Positions 41,650-52,752 of a stretch of DNA of 64,000 nucleotides are shown here, piece by piece. The stretch is from Fimbriosthenelais zetlandica. Taxonomy: Eukaryota. Below the pieces are notes generated by a model. It was not told where the DNA came from. It saw nothing but the letters and a program-made list of their open reading frames with translations, and ran no database searches. Both the position numbers and the translations under genes were made by a program. Position 1 is the first letter of the stretch. Each line of letters begins with the position of its first letter. The stretch is from the NCBI GenBank assembly GCA_977030845.1, contig OZ365114.1:14942001-15006000 (forward strand), written 5' to 3'.

Positions 41650-42450
41650 ACCTATCCTTCCAATAGCTTTTACCTTCGTGAATATTCATGAACTGAATAC
41701 CAGAACTCTGATATAGGAATGGTTGTACCCGACAAATTGATTGTTATCCTATTAACTATTGTATTACTTGATGCTTTAGTTTTTTGTACATTTCTGGAAT
41801 TTGAAGTGAATATTCCTGTGTAGCAATGAGATTCCTCCTTTGCCTGTGAATCAGAGGCCATGAAATATTCAACAATTGTCTGGGAATGCAAAGCTCCTCC
41901 AATTTATTTTTGCCTCCAGTGACTTTGTGAATTTTTAAAACTGATCAAATTTACAATCGGATTACTTCAGCACTGCCTGAATAGCTTTAGAATATTCCAG
42001 TTACTGCCTTCAGTGAAATCTGGTGTTGAATTAAATAATTCTCAGCACAATGTGTTAGCAAGTACTGCAGTCACAAATGCAGCCTTAGATTCAGGTATGT
42101 GAGGGGCGTTCATTTGAGCCTTTTGTTGCAGCATATAGTTGCAGTGTTGCACATCAACACACCTTGAAACACTTTAGGGAGTGGGCTGAGAGTTGGTGGC
42201 TCAATCACTCCCTCAGGACACCTTAGCGCGGCTGAGCATGCTTTTAGCATGCCAATGTTTTCATGAGGTGCTTCTCTAATGTGACGCAAGCCTAATGTAC
42301 TGCTGTGGGAATATTACAGTGATCATGCCGCTCATGATTCTGTTCTTGATCACTCTTGGCATCAGTCACATCTTCCTTCTATTATCATCTGTATCATTTT
42401 GCATACCGACTTGACGAATAATTATTCCCATTTTATAGGGAAATCTGAGC
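41650..42450 (-). mobile_element. LINE RT fragment (CR1/L2/Jockey-like)
   Basis: GVLRE*LS (cf. GVPQG..LS) ~42210 and VQKTK..ITINLSGTTI (cf. N..KT..I.++G..I) in ORF 41670-41891. Confidence 0.38.
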
Positions 42451-42769
42451 ACAATCGCCTCATAATTTCCAGATGGAAAGATAAAAAACTCCCCATGAAA
42501 CATCAGATGAGGACTTTATGAGGAGTGAATTTGCTGCAAGTCCGCTGATTCAAATTGATAGACCTTTCTCTAGAGAAAAAAGTATGCTTTTAATGAATTC
42601 TTTTCGGAGCTCGGTTAATGTTTCATTAATTTTCGAGGAAAAATTGTCAGAGCCGAAATTCAACTGTGAGAAGCTACTTGAAGAGTCTGTTGGTGTTAAG
42701 GTTAAACTTATGAGTGTGTTCATATTTGTTATTCCACTTTAGAGGCACTTTACAGTGCATTATCATCAG

Positions 42770-44620
42770 ATTAAAACTGGGCAGCAATTCTATACTGATG
42801 TCATTGAAACTGCTGCTGTTATCCATGGTGCATGGGCTGACTACAATATAAAAACATTGAATGCAAGCTCATACATGGACCCTCCACAATCCCACCCCTT
42901 CTCCACCCACCCAGCACCTCCCCCCAACCCCCCTCCCCTCCTGTGTTGGAGACATTAGAGTGCGCAATTATGAAACTTGAATCTCTAATGTGCTGGTGCA
43001 ATAATCAGGAGGAAAAGTCAGGATTTAAGATATCTTCCCCAGTCCATGTGGTTGGCACCCCCTCCCCTCCTGTGTGTGGGGAGACATTGGAGGGCACGGG
43101 TATGAAACTTTGCAAGAATTGCAAGTCATGAATATCTAGTGGATATTTCAAATGACCTGGAACATTAAATGGATATCTACCAGGGATCATTGCCTTGTGA
43201 TTCTTGCAGTGATTCTTGCACGTAGAGTTTGTCCACAAGACCATGAACTGCAAATATATCAATTGCTGCCTGAAAATGATATCAAGCCAGAATCGGAAAG
43301 CAAAGCAAGCATTTGGCCTCTCCCTCAACGGAATGTGGACCCGCATGCACCTCATTCCTGTAGTGTAGGTGAAGGGTATCTGCAACCCCAGCCACTTCCT
43401 GTGTGGCGATACATTGGAGGATACGGGTAGGAAACGTTGCAAGAATTGCAAGTCATGAATATCTAGTGGATATTTCAAATGACCTTGTACATTAATTGGA
43501 TACCTACCAGGGATCATTGCCTTGTGATTCTTGCAGTGATTCTTGCGTGTAGAGCCTGTCTACAAGGCCATGAACTGCAAATATATCAATTATTGCTGCC
43601 TGAAAATGATATGATGCCAGAATCAGAAGACAAAGCAATCAGTTCACCTCTCCTTCAACAGAATGTAGACCCACATTCACCCTAGTCCATGTACGTGAAG
43701 GGTAGCTACCCCCCGGCACTTCCTGTGTGGGGAGACATTGAAGGGTACAGGTAGGAAAATTTGCAAGAATTGCAAGTCATGAATATGAAGTGGATAACTC
43801 AAATGATATGATACTTTAATGGAATACCTACCAGGGATCATTGCCTTACTATTCTTGCAGTGATTCTTGCAAGTGGACCTTGTCTACAATTGCTTGAAGA
43901 ATATGAGAAGTTGCAAGAATCGGACGGCAGAAGTCTCCCCTGTCCGTGTAGATGGCTGACATTTGTAACCCCTGCCCTCTGCTCTCCTGTGTTGCAGATA
44001 TTAGAGGATACGGCTACGAAACTTGACGCAAATTGCAAATAGTGAATATCTAGGGGATATATCTATTGAGTTATAATATAGGATACTATTGAAGTATTGA
44101 CCAGGGATCATTGCCTTGCAATTCTTGCAGTGATTCTTGCAAGCTTATAGGTAGCTGGCTGACCTCCTGTGTACGCAGAAATTGAGAAGACATATTGACA
44201 TAATCTCATGCTGACCCAAATATTCAAAGTATCAATTTCAGGATTATCAATATTACTCTGATCACTGTTATTTTGCAAATGGTAGTATAGGGTACAATAA
44301 CAAACTGTTGAGAATATTGACCATATGTGGGGCATTCTATCCCCTCTTGCTCCATTCCCCTGATGCCATTGATCAATATGGACGTGACTGTGGGCATAGT
44401 CATCAAATACAGCAGTGGAAGCATACAGCACAATGGATGAGGGACAATCGTACTCTAGAGAGAATTTCAAGAGGGAATGAATGTCAGTGAGGCATTTCTA
44501 AGTCCCTTACATCCCACACATGTATGTATACTGCACGTATGTGAAATATATCCCCTGGATATCATACTGAAAGCTCTGGACAATACTGAAATGACTATTA
44601 TGACTAAGGGTTGCAGGTTA
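42770..44620. repeat. Diverged tandem array (periods 327, 324, 270 bp, then shorter) with a ~100-bp imperfect palindromic core
   Basis: Anchor cagggatcattgcctt at 43181, 43508, 43832, 44102; anchor tgcaagaattgcaagtcatgaatat at 43111, 43438, 43762; degenerate flanking copies. Confidence 0.9.
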
Positions 44621-46743
44621 CACGAAATTGTACATTCTAGAATTTAATCTGAGCTTCTGATGTTTTATCCTAGTTTGAACTACGTAAATTGTATAGAAAT
44701 GAAAGTAATTCACCTTCATGAAAGGGTGTATTCTTATCACCATGGGAGTTATTTTTTTTATGCGATCCCAAGCATGTCCAGAATATATACTCAAGAAACA
44801 TATACCTGACGATGATGCCCCTGGCCAGATGAAACTAGATCATAATCAGATTATCAGTTAGCAGTAATGAATGTTACATTAGAGGGTGTCCCTGTGTGAT
44901 TAACCAATGTATTATAGAGAGACGAACACTGCAGGCAGGAGGCATTCATTTCCATCCTCACCTTACGCCAGAAATATATATAAATTGGCTCGGAGTATAG
45001 GCTGTATACTTTTTCCTCTAGAGCTGCACTGAATACCTTCACGGGACAATTAATTATCCCTACAGTAACATCTGAGATTCAGCGTCGAATGACTGGATAG
45101 TTTCAATTCATATCTCTAGTGTAACTTAGCTTAACACTTGCATTACAATTAATTATGATAAAGCAGTCTGATATGCTGTATCAATATTTCACAGTTTAAC
45201 AACTGATATCCTGCTCGAAATAACATTATAATGCCATTGAATGATTATTTGAAAGACAATGATACAACAGTGGGTATTGTATATCTATTTCCTTAGCCCG
45301 TGAAAGTGAATAACTGGCAATGTAGCACATCTGACTTAGAAAATGGTCATGCAGAGAAACTCTTAGAAAAATGCCAAGGCCATGACCAATGTCATTTTTT
45401 TCTATGACCATTGTTACAGATACGCATTCATGAGTGTTTTACAATTTGCCAATGGAATACTCTTTTCTTGCTGCCCTGATTTCTTCCATCCCAATTTAAG
45501 AGCCTAATGAAAACCACTTAAAGGAATCGTCATTCTGGCTGTGGACTGTTTAAAAGGTGTTATTAACCCAAATTGCCTTCTGGGAAAACCAATCCCAAAC
45601 CCTTTTCTAGCAATCAGGCAGATCAGCTCTCATTTTAACTGAAATGGTGCCCTTCCTCGGCTTTCCTTACACGGTTTAGGGGTCCTGTTCGGAAAATTGG
45701 ACAACACAGGGCAGTCTGTGTGTAGTAATTGATGGAGGTTATGGGATTCAAATATTCATATGAAATGCTTTTAAATCATTTCAACAATCACCAGGTTAGT
45801 ACTCCCTCATAAATAATTTACAGAATCATGTAATGGAACAATTTGAGGTTGAAAAGGGAAAAGAATAGTTTGGCATTGTTGGCTTTTGTCACTAAACAAC
45901 AAAAGGATATCATTCAGAATAGGGCCTACTAAAAAGAATGTTCCTTCTTCAGTTTCTTTGTTCTGTTATACAAAGATATTACTCTAGGTAATACTATCCA
46001 AAGGAAGCTAAAGAAATGAGAAAATGGTAAATTGATAGGCAGTATTGGTTTTGAATATATCAGGTTTACAAGTAGAAAAATATGCAGTTGAGTGTTTCTT
46101 TCGATTCGCGTTGTCCCTGTTAATTTTCATCGGCCTTGTGTGGTGTGGGGATGTATGTTAAAATGCATGTGACGACCCAGTTCCTATGGATGCATGGTGG
46201 TAATAATTTGATACATGCAATTACTGGCTTCCTCATCCTAACCCAACAGATATGCATCTTTGGAATTTAGTAGGCATTGAGCTCTTATCTCTATTGGACA
46301 TTTTGGCTAGAAATGGAATATGATGCTAAAGTCCAGAGAACACAAGGCAGCAAGAGATTAATAGCCTCATAAACATGGACTTATGATAAGCCTTGGTGGA
46401 GATAGTGTGGGGGAGACCATCATGATAACTGGATCTCCGCATCTACTTTCATTTTCAATTGCTGATTTTCATTAATCATTGACTCAAAACGCCTACCTTG
46501 AGCAGATTTGTAACAGATTTCTTGGAGGCCGCCCAATTTTATGTTGAAGTAATTGCAATTACGAATCTGGGAATTAGAATGTAACAAAGGGGGGTTTGCT
46601 GATAGTGCTCTAATGTAATTCAGTGTTGTTTGCAGGATGGCTTTTCCTCCCTTTTAATCACTTCATCCCAAGTGCGCCTGGCTGCAACAAATTGCATTTA
46701 GGCATTGTTACCTTAAATAATGGTATCCTGTTCCTTTTTGCAG

Positions 46744-46922
46744 GGAATGGCTTTTCTGTTTCCGTCAACCTCAAGGAAAGCAACCTGGCGCCCCTTTTCC
46801 AAGCAGTGGACCATTCGGACTCCAACGACAACAGTGGTTTCTATGGCGATCTGACAATTACCCAGCAGTACTGTCCGTACCCCGTACCGGAGAAATACCA
46901 ACTCTCCCTTGTCCTTCACACG
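46744..46922 (+). CDS. Exon 3: (G)NGFSVSVNLKESNLAPLFQAVDHSDSNDNSGFYGDLTITQQYCPYPVPEKYQLSLVLHT
   Basis: Acceptor ttcctttttgcag; donor ACG|GTACGT; phase 1-0. Confidence 0.88.
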
Positions 46923-48148
46923 GTACGTCCAAACATTGTCTCTCCCTTATCTACTGTAAGATGGCTGCAGCTTCAATATGGCTCTTTACACTCTGAAGGG
47001 GCTTATCTATACTGGTTATGAACACATCAGCAATTCCAAGTGTTAAAGACACCGTAATCATTTCTAAGTGCATTGTGAAAAGTGGATAAGATATCATCTA
47101 AACTGCACTGTTATGTCTAATTTGTAAATATATCTTTCTTACAATTTAAAGCAAAATACCTCTTTTGTTACACCGATCACGATAATATTATTTTCTGAAG
47201 CATCCACTTTTCAATTAGTGCGGTAGCCTACGCATTGCAAAGTGAAAAACTGCCTGCTATAGCTTGCGGTTAACTCCATTTCCATGCAATAGCTCTTCAT
47301 TCATTTTAGCGCATGTCTGCAGCTATATATTATTATCATTTCTTAGACCAGACGTGACTTAATCACTACAACTAATTACAGAACTAATTAAGAATGTAAT
47401 CCCCCAAAGTGAAATGCATTCCTACTGTGTATTTCAACCCTGGGAAATGAAATGGCTCAGTGAAGCCAATGTTTTCTCACTCTGTCTCATCACCATAACT
47501 ATCCTGAAGGAACACATTCCTTTAGCTTCGCCAGTAATTGTAAATTTTTGCCTCCCTCGTTCCTCTTTCTTAACCTTGGAGTCTCCACCATGTTTGTATT
47601 GTCTCCTAATCTATCTGCTTCTATGACCACGCTGTGGCTGTCTGTGTGTTATAGGCAATGAATTGATGGGATTACTTTCTGTCTGTTCTGATACATAGGC
47701 ATCTGTTTTTTAACAAAAAAAACGCTATATTATAGCTGCTTTAAGACACATCAGCATTGGAAGGAGCTATAAATAGTAAATAAAAGGATGTTTGAGGCTG
47801 TTGTTCTGGCGCCCAAGTCAATAGTCTGTTGTCAACCACTGGCGATTATCTGATTGGTTGCCGAGCACTGTAACATATCATGAGTGATAATCTGTGTGTT
47901 GACGTATCGATAATCTTTTCTGAGTGTAGTACATACCCAACAGTTGATGGTTTGTTCTCGCATATATATAATGTTCCCCCCAAAGGTGGAGACATAGTAA
48001 TACCCAAGCGAGTGAAGCGAGAGCAATATCAGATATGAAATATATAGCCCATCTCCATAATATACACCCAATGTTGGCTTGCTTTTCGCACTACAACATC
48101 TTTTCAGCTGGCCGTTTCATTCTTACGATTTGTCAATTTGTGAATTAG

Positions 48149-48405
48149 GGCATGACCACACGGGCCAAGTATTACAACTGCAATAAAAAGAAGAGAGAGG
48201 CACATGGTAAGTGTGCCCGGGAGACAGGCTACTACCTTGACCCCCACGAGCCGTGTGAGACCTACAGCCAGTTCGGGAGGCTTCCTGCCATCAACCCAGA
48301 GGGCTGGAGTGTGCTCTGCACTAGGCCTGGCACGCTCAGCAATACATTTGGGGTCAGTTCTGAGCTGGAAGACCTCTCAACTATGTTCATCGACAGAACA
48401 GTCAA
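48149..48405 (+). CDS. Exon 4: GMTTRAKYYNCNKKKREAHGKCARETGYYLDPHEPCETYSQFGRLPAINPEGWSVLCTRPGTLSNTFGVSSELEDLSTMFIDRTV(K)
   Basis: Acceptor tttgtgaattag; donor CAA|GTAAGT; phase 0-2. Confidence 0.82.
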
Positions 48406-49199
48406 GTAAGTATATCAATAAAATACTATTTTTTTGAGTGTAATTCCACTATCCCTAGCGATCAGGTTTTTTTTGGGTGGTAGAGAACCAGATTTTATTT
48501 TCAGTTGTGGGTGATTTTTCTGTAGCATTTGGGGTCATGCTACCATTGATGCAATCAGCAAGTATTTTATAGCAATGTGTCTGACTGGATCTGCAGAGCT
48601 CTATGTCCACGAGCATGACTCTCCAAAAGAGCCACAATTGCAGTCCCATTGGTCAGAAATAAAGTAAAATCTCAACAGAGTTACCCAAATTGGTGATGGG
48701 TCCCTTGCAGATTGCCACCTTGCTCCAATCCTTGTCTACCAAGCCTGTGATGTAGTCACCCTATCCTCGGTAAAAATAGCATAATACACCTATTAAAGAT
48801 AAATGATCTGGATACAAGATGTACATTGCCAACAATGCTTTGTTATTAATCATGTTATACATCATCTGTCCTATGACAAGCAGTGTTTTCTCCTGCTGTA
48901 AGCCTTCCACCTCTGGCTGTCTCTCACTCTCTTTCGTTAGAACAATATTGCCTTCTCCACAGGCTTTTTATTGTGCGACTGAAGGCAGCTTCATAGATAC
49001 TCTGATGAGTTTATATATAGACAGAGTAAAGTACAGAACAGAAAATATATCATATGGAGGAAATACCACATATCGCGTATCACAACGAACATTTCGCTCA
49101 CAATTGTTTAGTGCAACCGGATACATCAAATCGTACAAAAAACTTTGATTGGTTTTTTGAAACGGTCATTTATATGGATGTTTTCATTGTATTTTGTAG

Positions 49200-49412
49200 A
49201 TGCGCAGAGCAGCGTACCAACTGTGATGCATGTACCGTGATGTGTGCTCGCACCATGAGTAACCGTCAAGGTTCACATCGCTGTAACATCACCGGTGAAG
49301 ATGCTGACAATGGAGAATCACCCCGCCTACAACACTGCTTCAGCTGTTGTGGCAAACAGGACTGCTCTAAGATCTGTGAGGTCTATCATAATTCAGAATG
49401 CGAGCTCGTCAG
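49200..49412 (+). CDS. Exon 5 (Cys-rich): CAEQRTNCDACTVMCARTMSNRQGSHRCNITGEDADNGESPRLQHCFSCCGKQDCSKICEVYHNSECELV(R)
   Basis: Acceptor ttgtattttgtag; donor CAG|GTGAGC; phase 2-2. Confidence 0.9.
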
Positions 49413-49917
49413 GTGAGCCTTATGGTCTATTAGCACACATTTAATTGCCTATAAGCCCCTTGATTAAGTCCAATAGAATGAAATTTATAACCTCGTTTAA
49501 TGTTGCTTTTATCGTCCTAGGGATTAACAAGCGTGTTAATAATGCATCTGCCGGGGTGTTCATAACTTGGATTTTATTTTAAGACTTTTTAGTTGATGAA
49601 TGATGAGCTGTGTGATAGTGTCTTATCGTAATAAATCTGAATTAGGGAGAGGTTTCATCATTCATACAGGTCCTGCTGCATCGCTTATAATAAAGATGAA
49701 TAATTAATGCCTGCGAGACCCGTAGAATAGATATATGGTTTATACCTTAGAGACCTTATGTAGACCTATACTAGATTAATTAAGGCCTTATCCCTACATG
49801 ACCAAGGTATCTACCCAATTTAAACAAGCAAAGAAGAGCTGTATGTTGAGGCGAGCACCTGTCCCGCTGTAAACTTGCCTAACCACATGTTCTCTCACTA
49901 ATCACCCATCCATCAAG

Positions 49918-50127
49918 GTGTGTGACAGGCAACCTGGCTGAGTTTGTTCTGTCTCCTGTCTTCTCTCACCGTGGCACCGTGTTTGGCTGTCACGTCGAAC
50001 CGAAGCCACAGTACAAGATCTATGACATTACCTACAATGTCCGCTACAAGGGCAAGCCAGTCTCCAGCCGCAGTCTCCGGGCACAGAAGATCTATGAGGG
50101 ACACCATCCTGACAAGTCCATAGATGA
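49918..50127 (+). CDS. Exon 6: CVTGNLAEFVLSPVFSHRGTVFGCHVEPKPQYKIYDITYNVRYKGKPVSSRSLRAQKIYEGHHPDKSID(E)
   Basis: Acceptor cccatccatcaag; donor TGA|GTAAGT; phase 2-2. Confidence 0.88.
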
Positions 50128-51189
50128 GTAAGTGTAGATAACACGTTTACTGTCCCTTATGGGAATATTTGTTACACCTTAAACGACGAAGGAACAGACC
50201 AGCTGAGCCTAAGTTTTTCGATATTTTTATTAGAGGTATTTTTATCCTGACGAAGGATCCTATATCCCATTAAGAGATATTAAGAGTTACTTGATTTCCA
50301 CCTTTCCTTATTTTTATTTCCGCTTTTTGTATTGAAAGAGCATACTGTTCAAGGCGGCTTTGTAAATGTTTTTGAGGACTCAAAGTCCATGTGGTATTAA
50401 ATACTGTAATAGTAGTCGCGACCCAGTCTTTGTTATTCAAAATCCTTTTAAAATCAGGTTTCATACCTGTTTCATCATTTTTTTTGTCCATCACGAGTCA
50501 CATTAAATGAGGACTTCCTTTGTCACATTGAATGAGAACTTTTAGTCACTTTAAACTATTATCTTTTAACGTCTCGCCCAATGTTTCAAACTTGGGTGAA
50601 AGCAGCTGTAAATGGAGACAAAACGTTAGTGAATCACAATAAATCCCATTAGTCTTGATGGAGCAGTAAAAACGAAGTCCCTGCTGAAATATTTCCTGGG
50701 GAATCTCAATAATAAATTTATCAATCTCCAGTGGTGACAGGCTGTGGAACAGACCATAAACTAAGGGTATCTGTCAATTGTCACTTTAAAACATGTGTCT
50801 ACTCTCTATAACCTAGTCCTTGTTATAGCCCCCTTGCCCAATCTCTGTCTCTCTCAATTCCCTGTGGTATTCCCTTGCTCTTGCTGATTCTTCTCCTTTC
50901 CTTCCTGTGTTCCTTTCATTGCCTTCCTCCCCATTCCTGTTCCATTGCAGGTACTGCTTCTGGCCTCTGTTACTTATCCCCCTTCCCCATATTCTTCAGT
51001 TAAGCAATCAGCTCAATATATGAATTCCCTCACCTTTAACATCAGGCTCTATTCAGACTGTCACTTCCTTTAACATGGATCTCAATTATTAATAACATTT
51101 CAAGGAAGCATTTTGAAATTGCTTCTCAAGCAGACAAAGACAGTATTAGTGTTTTTCAATTCTCACTTCTATGTCTCTTCCCCTCGCAG

Positions 51190-51386
51190 GCACGACTTCC
51201 TGAAGGTCTACTATGGTTCAGAGGTGAAGGGTGCTGTAGATTTTATAGAGGGAGACAGCTCGATGCGGACATTCACTGGTGGGTATTATTCAGATCAGGG
51301 CATGTCCGTCACCGATATGGAGGTCACCACTCGTACCCTCTCCGTCCGTCCACGCAAACCCTTTGGCGTCAGCACAGAATTCTGGA
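51190..51386 (+). CDS. Exon 7: HDFLKVYYGSEVKGAVDFIEGDSSMRTFTGGYYSDQGMSVTDMEVTTRTLSVRPRKPFGVSTEFW
   Basis: Acceptor tctcttccctcgcag; donor GGA|GTAAGT; phase 2-1. Confidence 0.9.
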
Positions 51387-52000
51387 GTAAGTCCCTTTCC
51401 CTTCAATATTTACAATCTAGCAAAGTGGACTATCGATCAATCAGGACTGGAAACATATTTGACACGTAGTGCTCTCTCAGATTTAGTCTATACAGGCAGT
51501 AGTGGATCTATTCCCATGTGGCCTGACACACTGTTTGACCTTTGGGGAAACCTTAGCTTTTCACAAATAATAGATGTATTCATATATATAACAAACAGGA
51601 AGGAAAGAGTTTTGCACCAAAATGTCTTCGTATCAAACTCTGAATTTTCTGCCATTTGAGATTCCTCTTAGACCAAATAAGATTCCTTTTTGAAAATATA
51701 ATTGAGAATGTTCTATTGGACTTACTTGTGGGAAACAGACTTGATCTTGCTTGGCACTTTATTACATGTATCCATATACTATAGATTTACTTTTGAAAGT
51801 AGCTCTGAGACTGAATGATAATGGCATTAGCAGCAGTTTGATGAAGATATATCTGGTTGATTTTGGCATTGGCAGCAGTGGGATGAACATCTAATATATC
51901 TGTATGGTCAACACTACCAGACAAACAAGACAGACTTTGCAATTAATGCATCTAGTAATGAATTTATCTAAGCTGTTATTACTGTTTTACCTTCCTCCAG

Positions 52001-52306
52001 AGCGACAGGACTGTGACACTGACGCCCTCTCTGAACTCCTCCTAGCTAATAGTAACCCGCCCCGCACTGACCCATACTTGCCGGACCAACAAGTCAGCAT
52101 CCAGTTTGTCAACAATGGAGTCTACCGGATATTCAACCGGACCACTGTACCTTACATCTACTTTGAGGTGCCGGCCAATAAATCTCTCCTCCAGCCTCTA
52201 TATGATAACACCACTGTGAGAGATGATGGGACATTGAAGGCGGAGATACTGCGCTCTGAGAGTATGTGGACACTGAGACTGCAGGGAGAACTGGAACAAT
52301 GTCCAG
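52001..52306 (+). CDS. Exon 8: (K)RQDCDTDALSELLLANSNPPRTDPYLPDQQVSIQFVNNGVYRIFNRTTVPYIYFEVPANKSLLQPLYDNTTVRDDGTLKAEILRSESMWTLRLQGELEQCP
   Basis: Acceptor ttttaccttcctccag; donor CAG|GTGGGC; phase 1-1; three N-glycosylation sequons. Confidence 0.9.
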
Positions 52307-52527
52307 GTGGGCTAAGCATTTATAATTGTTATGCTAAGTCTTAATTGTATTTCTCTTGTATAAAACGGGGCTTTTACTATTAAGATAGCAGTTAAGATAG
52401 CTTAAGCGACAGATAAAACACCAACAGTGTATTCAAAATGAGTTCACATTCATTTCATTTGAAACAGTTATGCTGGCCAGAGTGAACAAATGAAGGTATA
52501 CTGAATTTTTTATGTATTTTTTGTCAG

Positions 52528-52752
52528 GTTTCTTCTCTGTCAAGGTGACTGATCCATCGTATGGTGACCAGCCACTCTTTGTGTATGATGTTGGCGTTAA
52601 TTGCCCACGTCTCTTCAAGATTGACTTTGGCATCCCCACAAACGGGCCAGATAACTACGCCAAACGATTCCGTGTCGAGGTATCCGACACCTACCGGACT
52701 ATCAACATGATGGTTTATAAACCTGCTCCAAATATGACTAAGGAAACATATG
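52528..52752 (+). CDS. Exon 9: (G)FFSVKVTDPSYGDQPLFVYDVGVNCPRLFKIDFGIPTNGPDNYAKRFRVEVSDTYRTINMMVYKPAPNMTKETY
   Basis: Acceptor atttttttgtcag; donor ATG|GTACGT; phase 1-1. Confidence 0.9.

Noticed and set aside
43005-44042. Array ORFs (170 aa minus; CKNCK and LPCDSCSDSC motifs) as TNFR or furin-like coding repeats
   Set aside because: Stops differ between units, there are no usable splice sites in phase with the gene, and the Cys motifs arise from the palindromic tgcaagaat core on both strands.
42770-44620. CRISPR-like or integron-like repeat-spacer array
   Set aside because: Repeats are ~150 bp, spacers are homologous to each other, no cas or integrase genes are present, and the context is a eukaryotic intron.
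44854-45042. C2H2 zinc-finger-like CLQC..HTGTP ORF
   Set aside because: His spacing is wrong, it is a single instance, and there are no splice signals.
50830-51020. Very long pyrimidine tract plus CAG at 50950 as an extra exon
   Set aside because: In the required phase 2 it hits TGA after ~23 codons with no donor.
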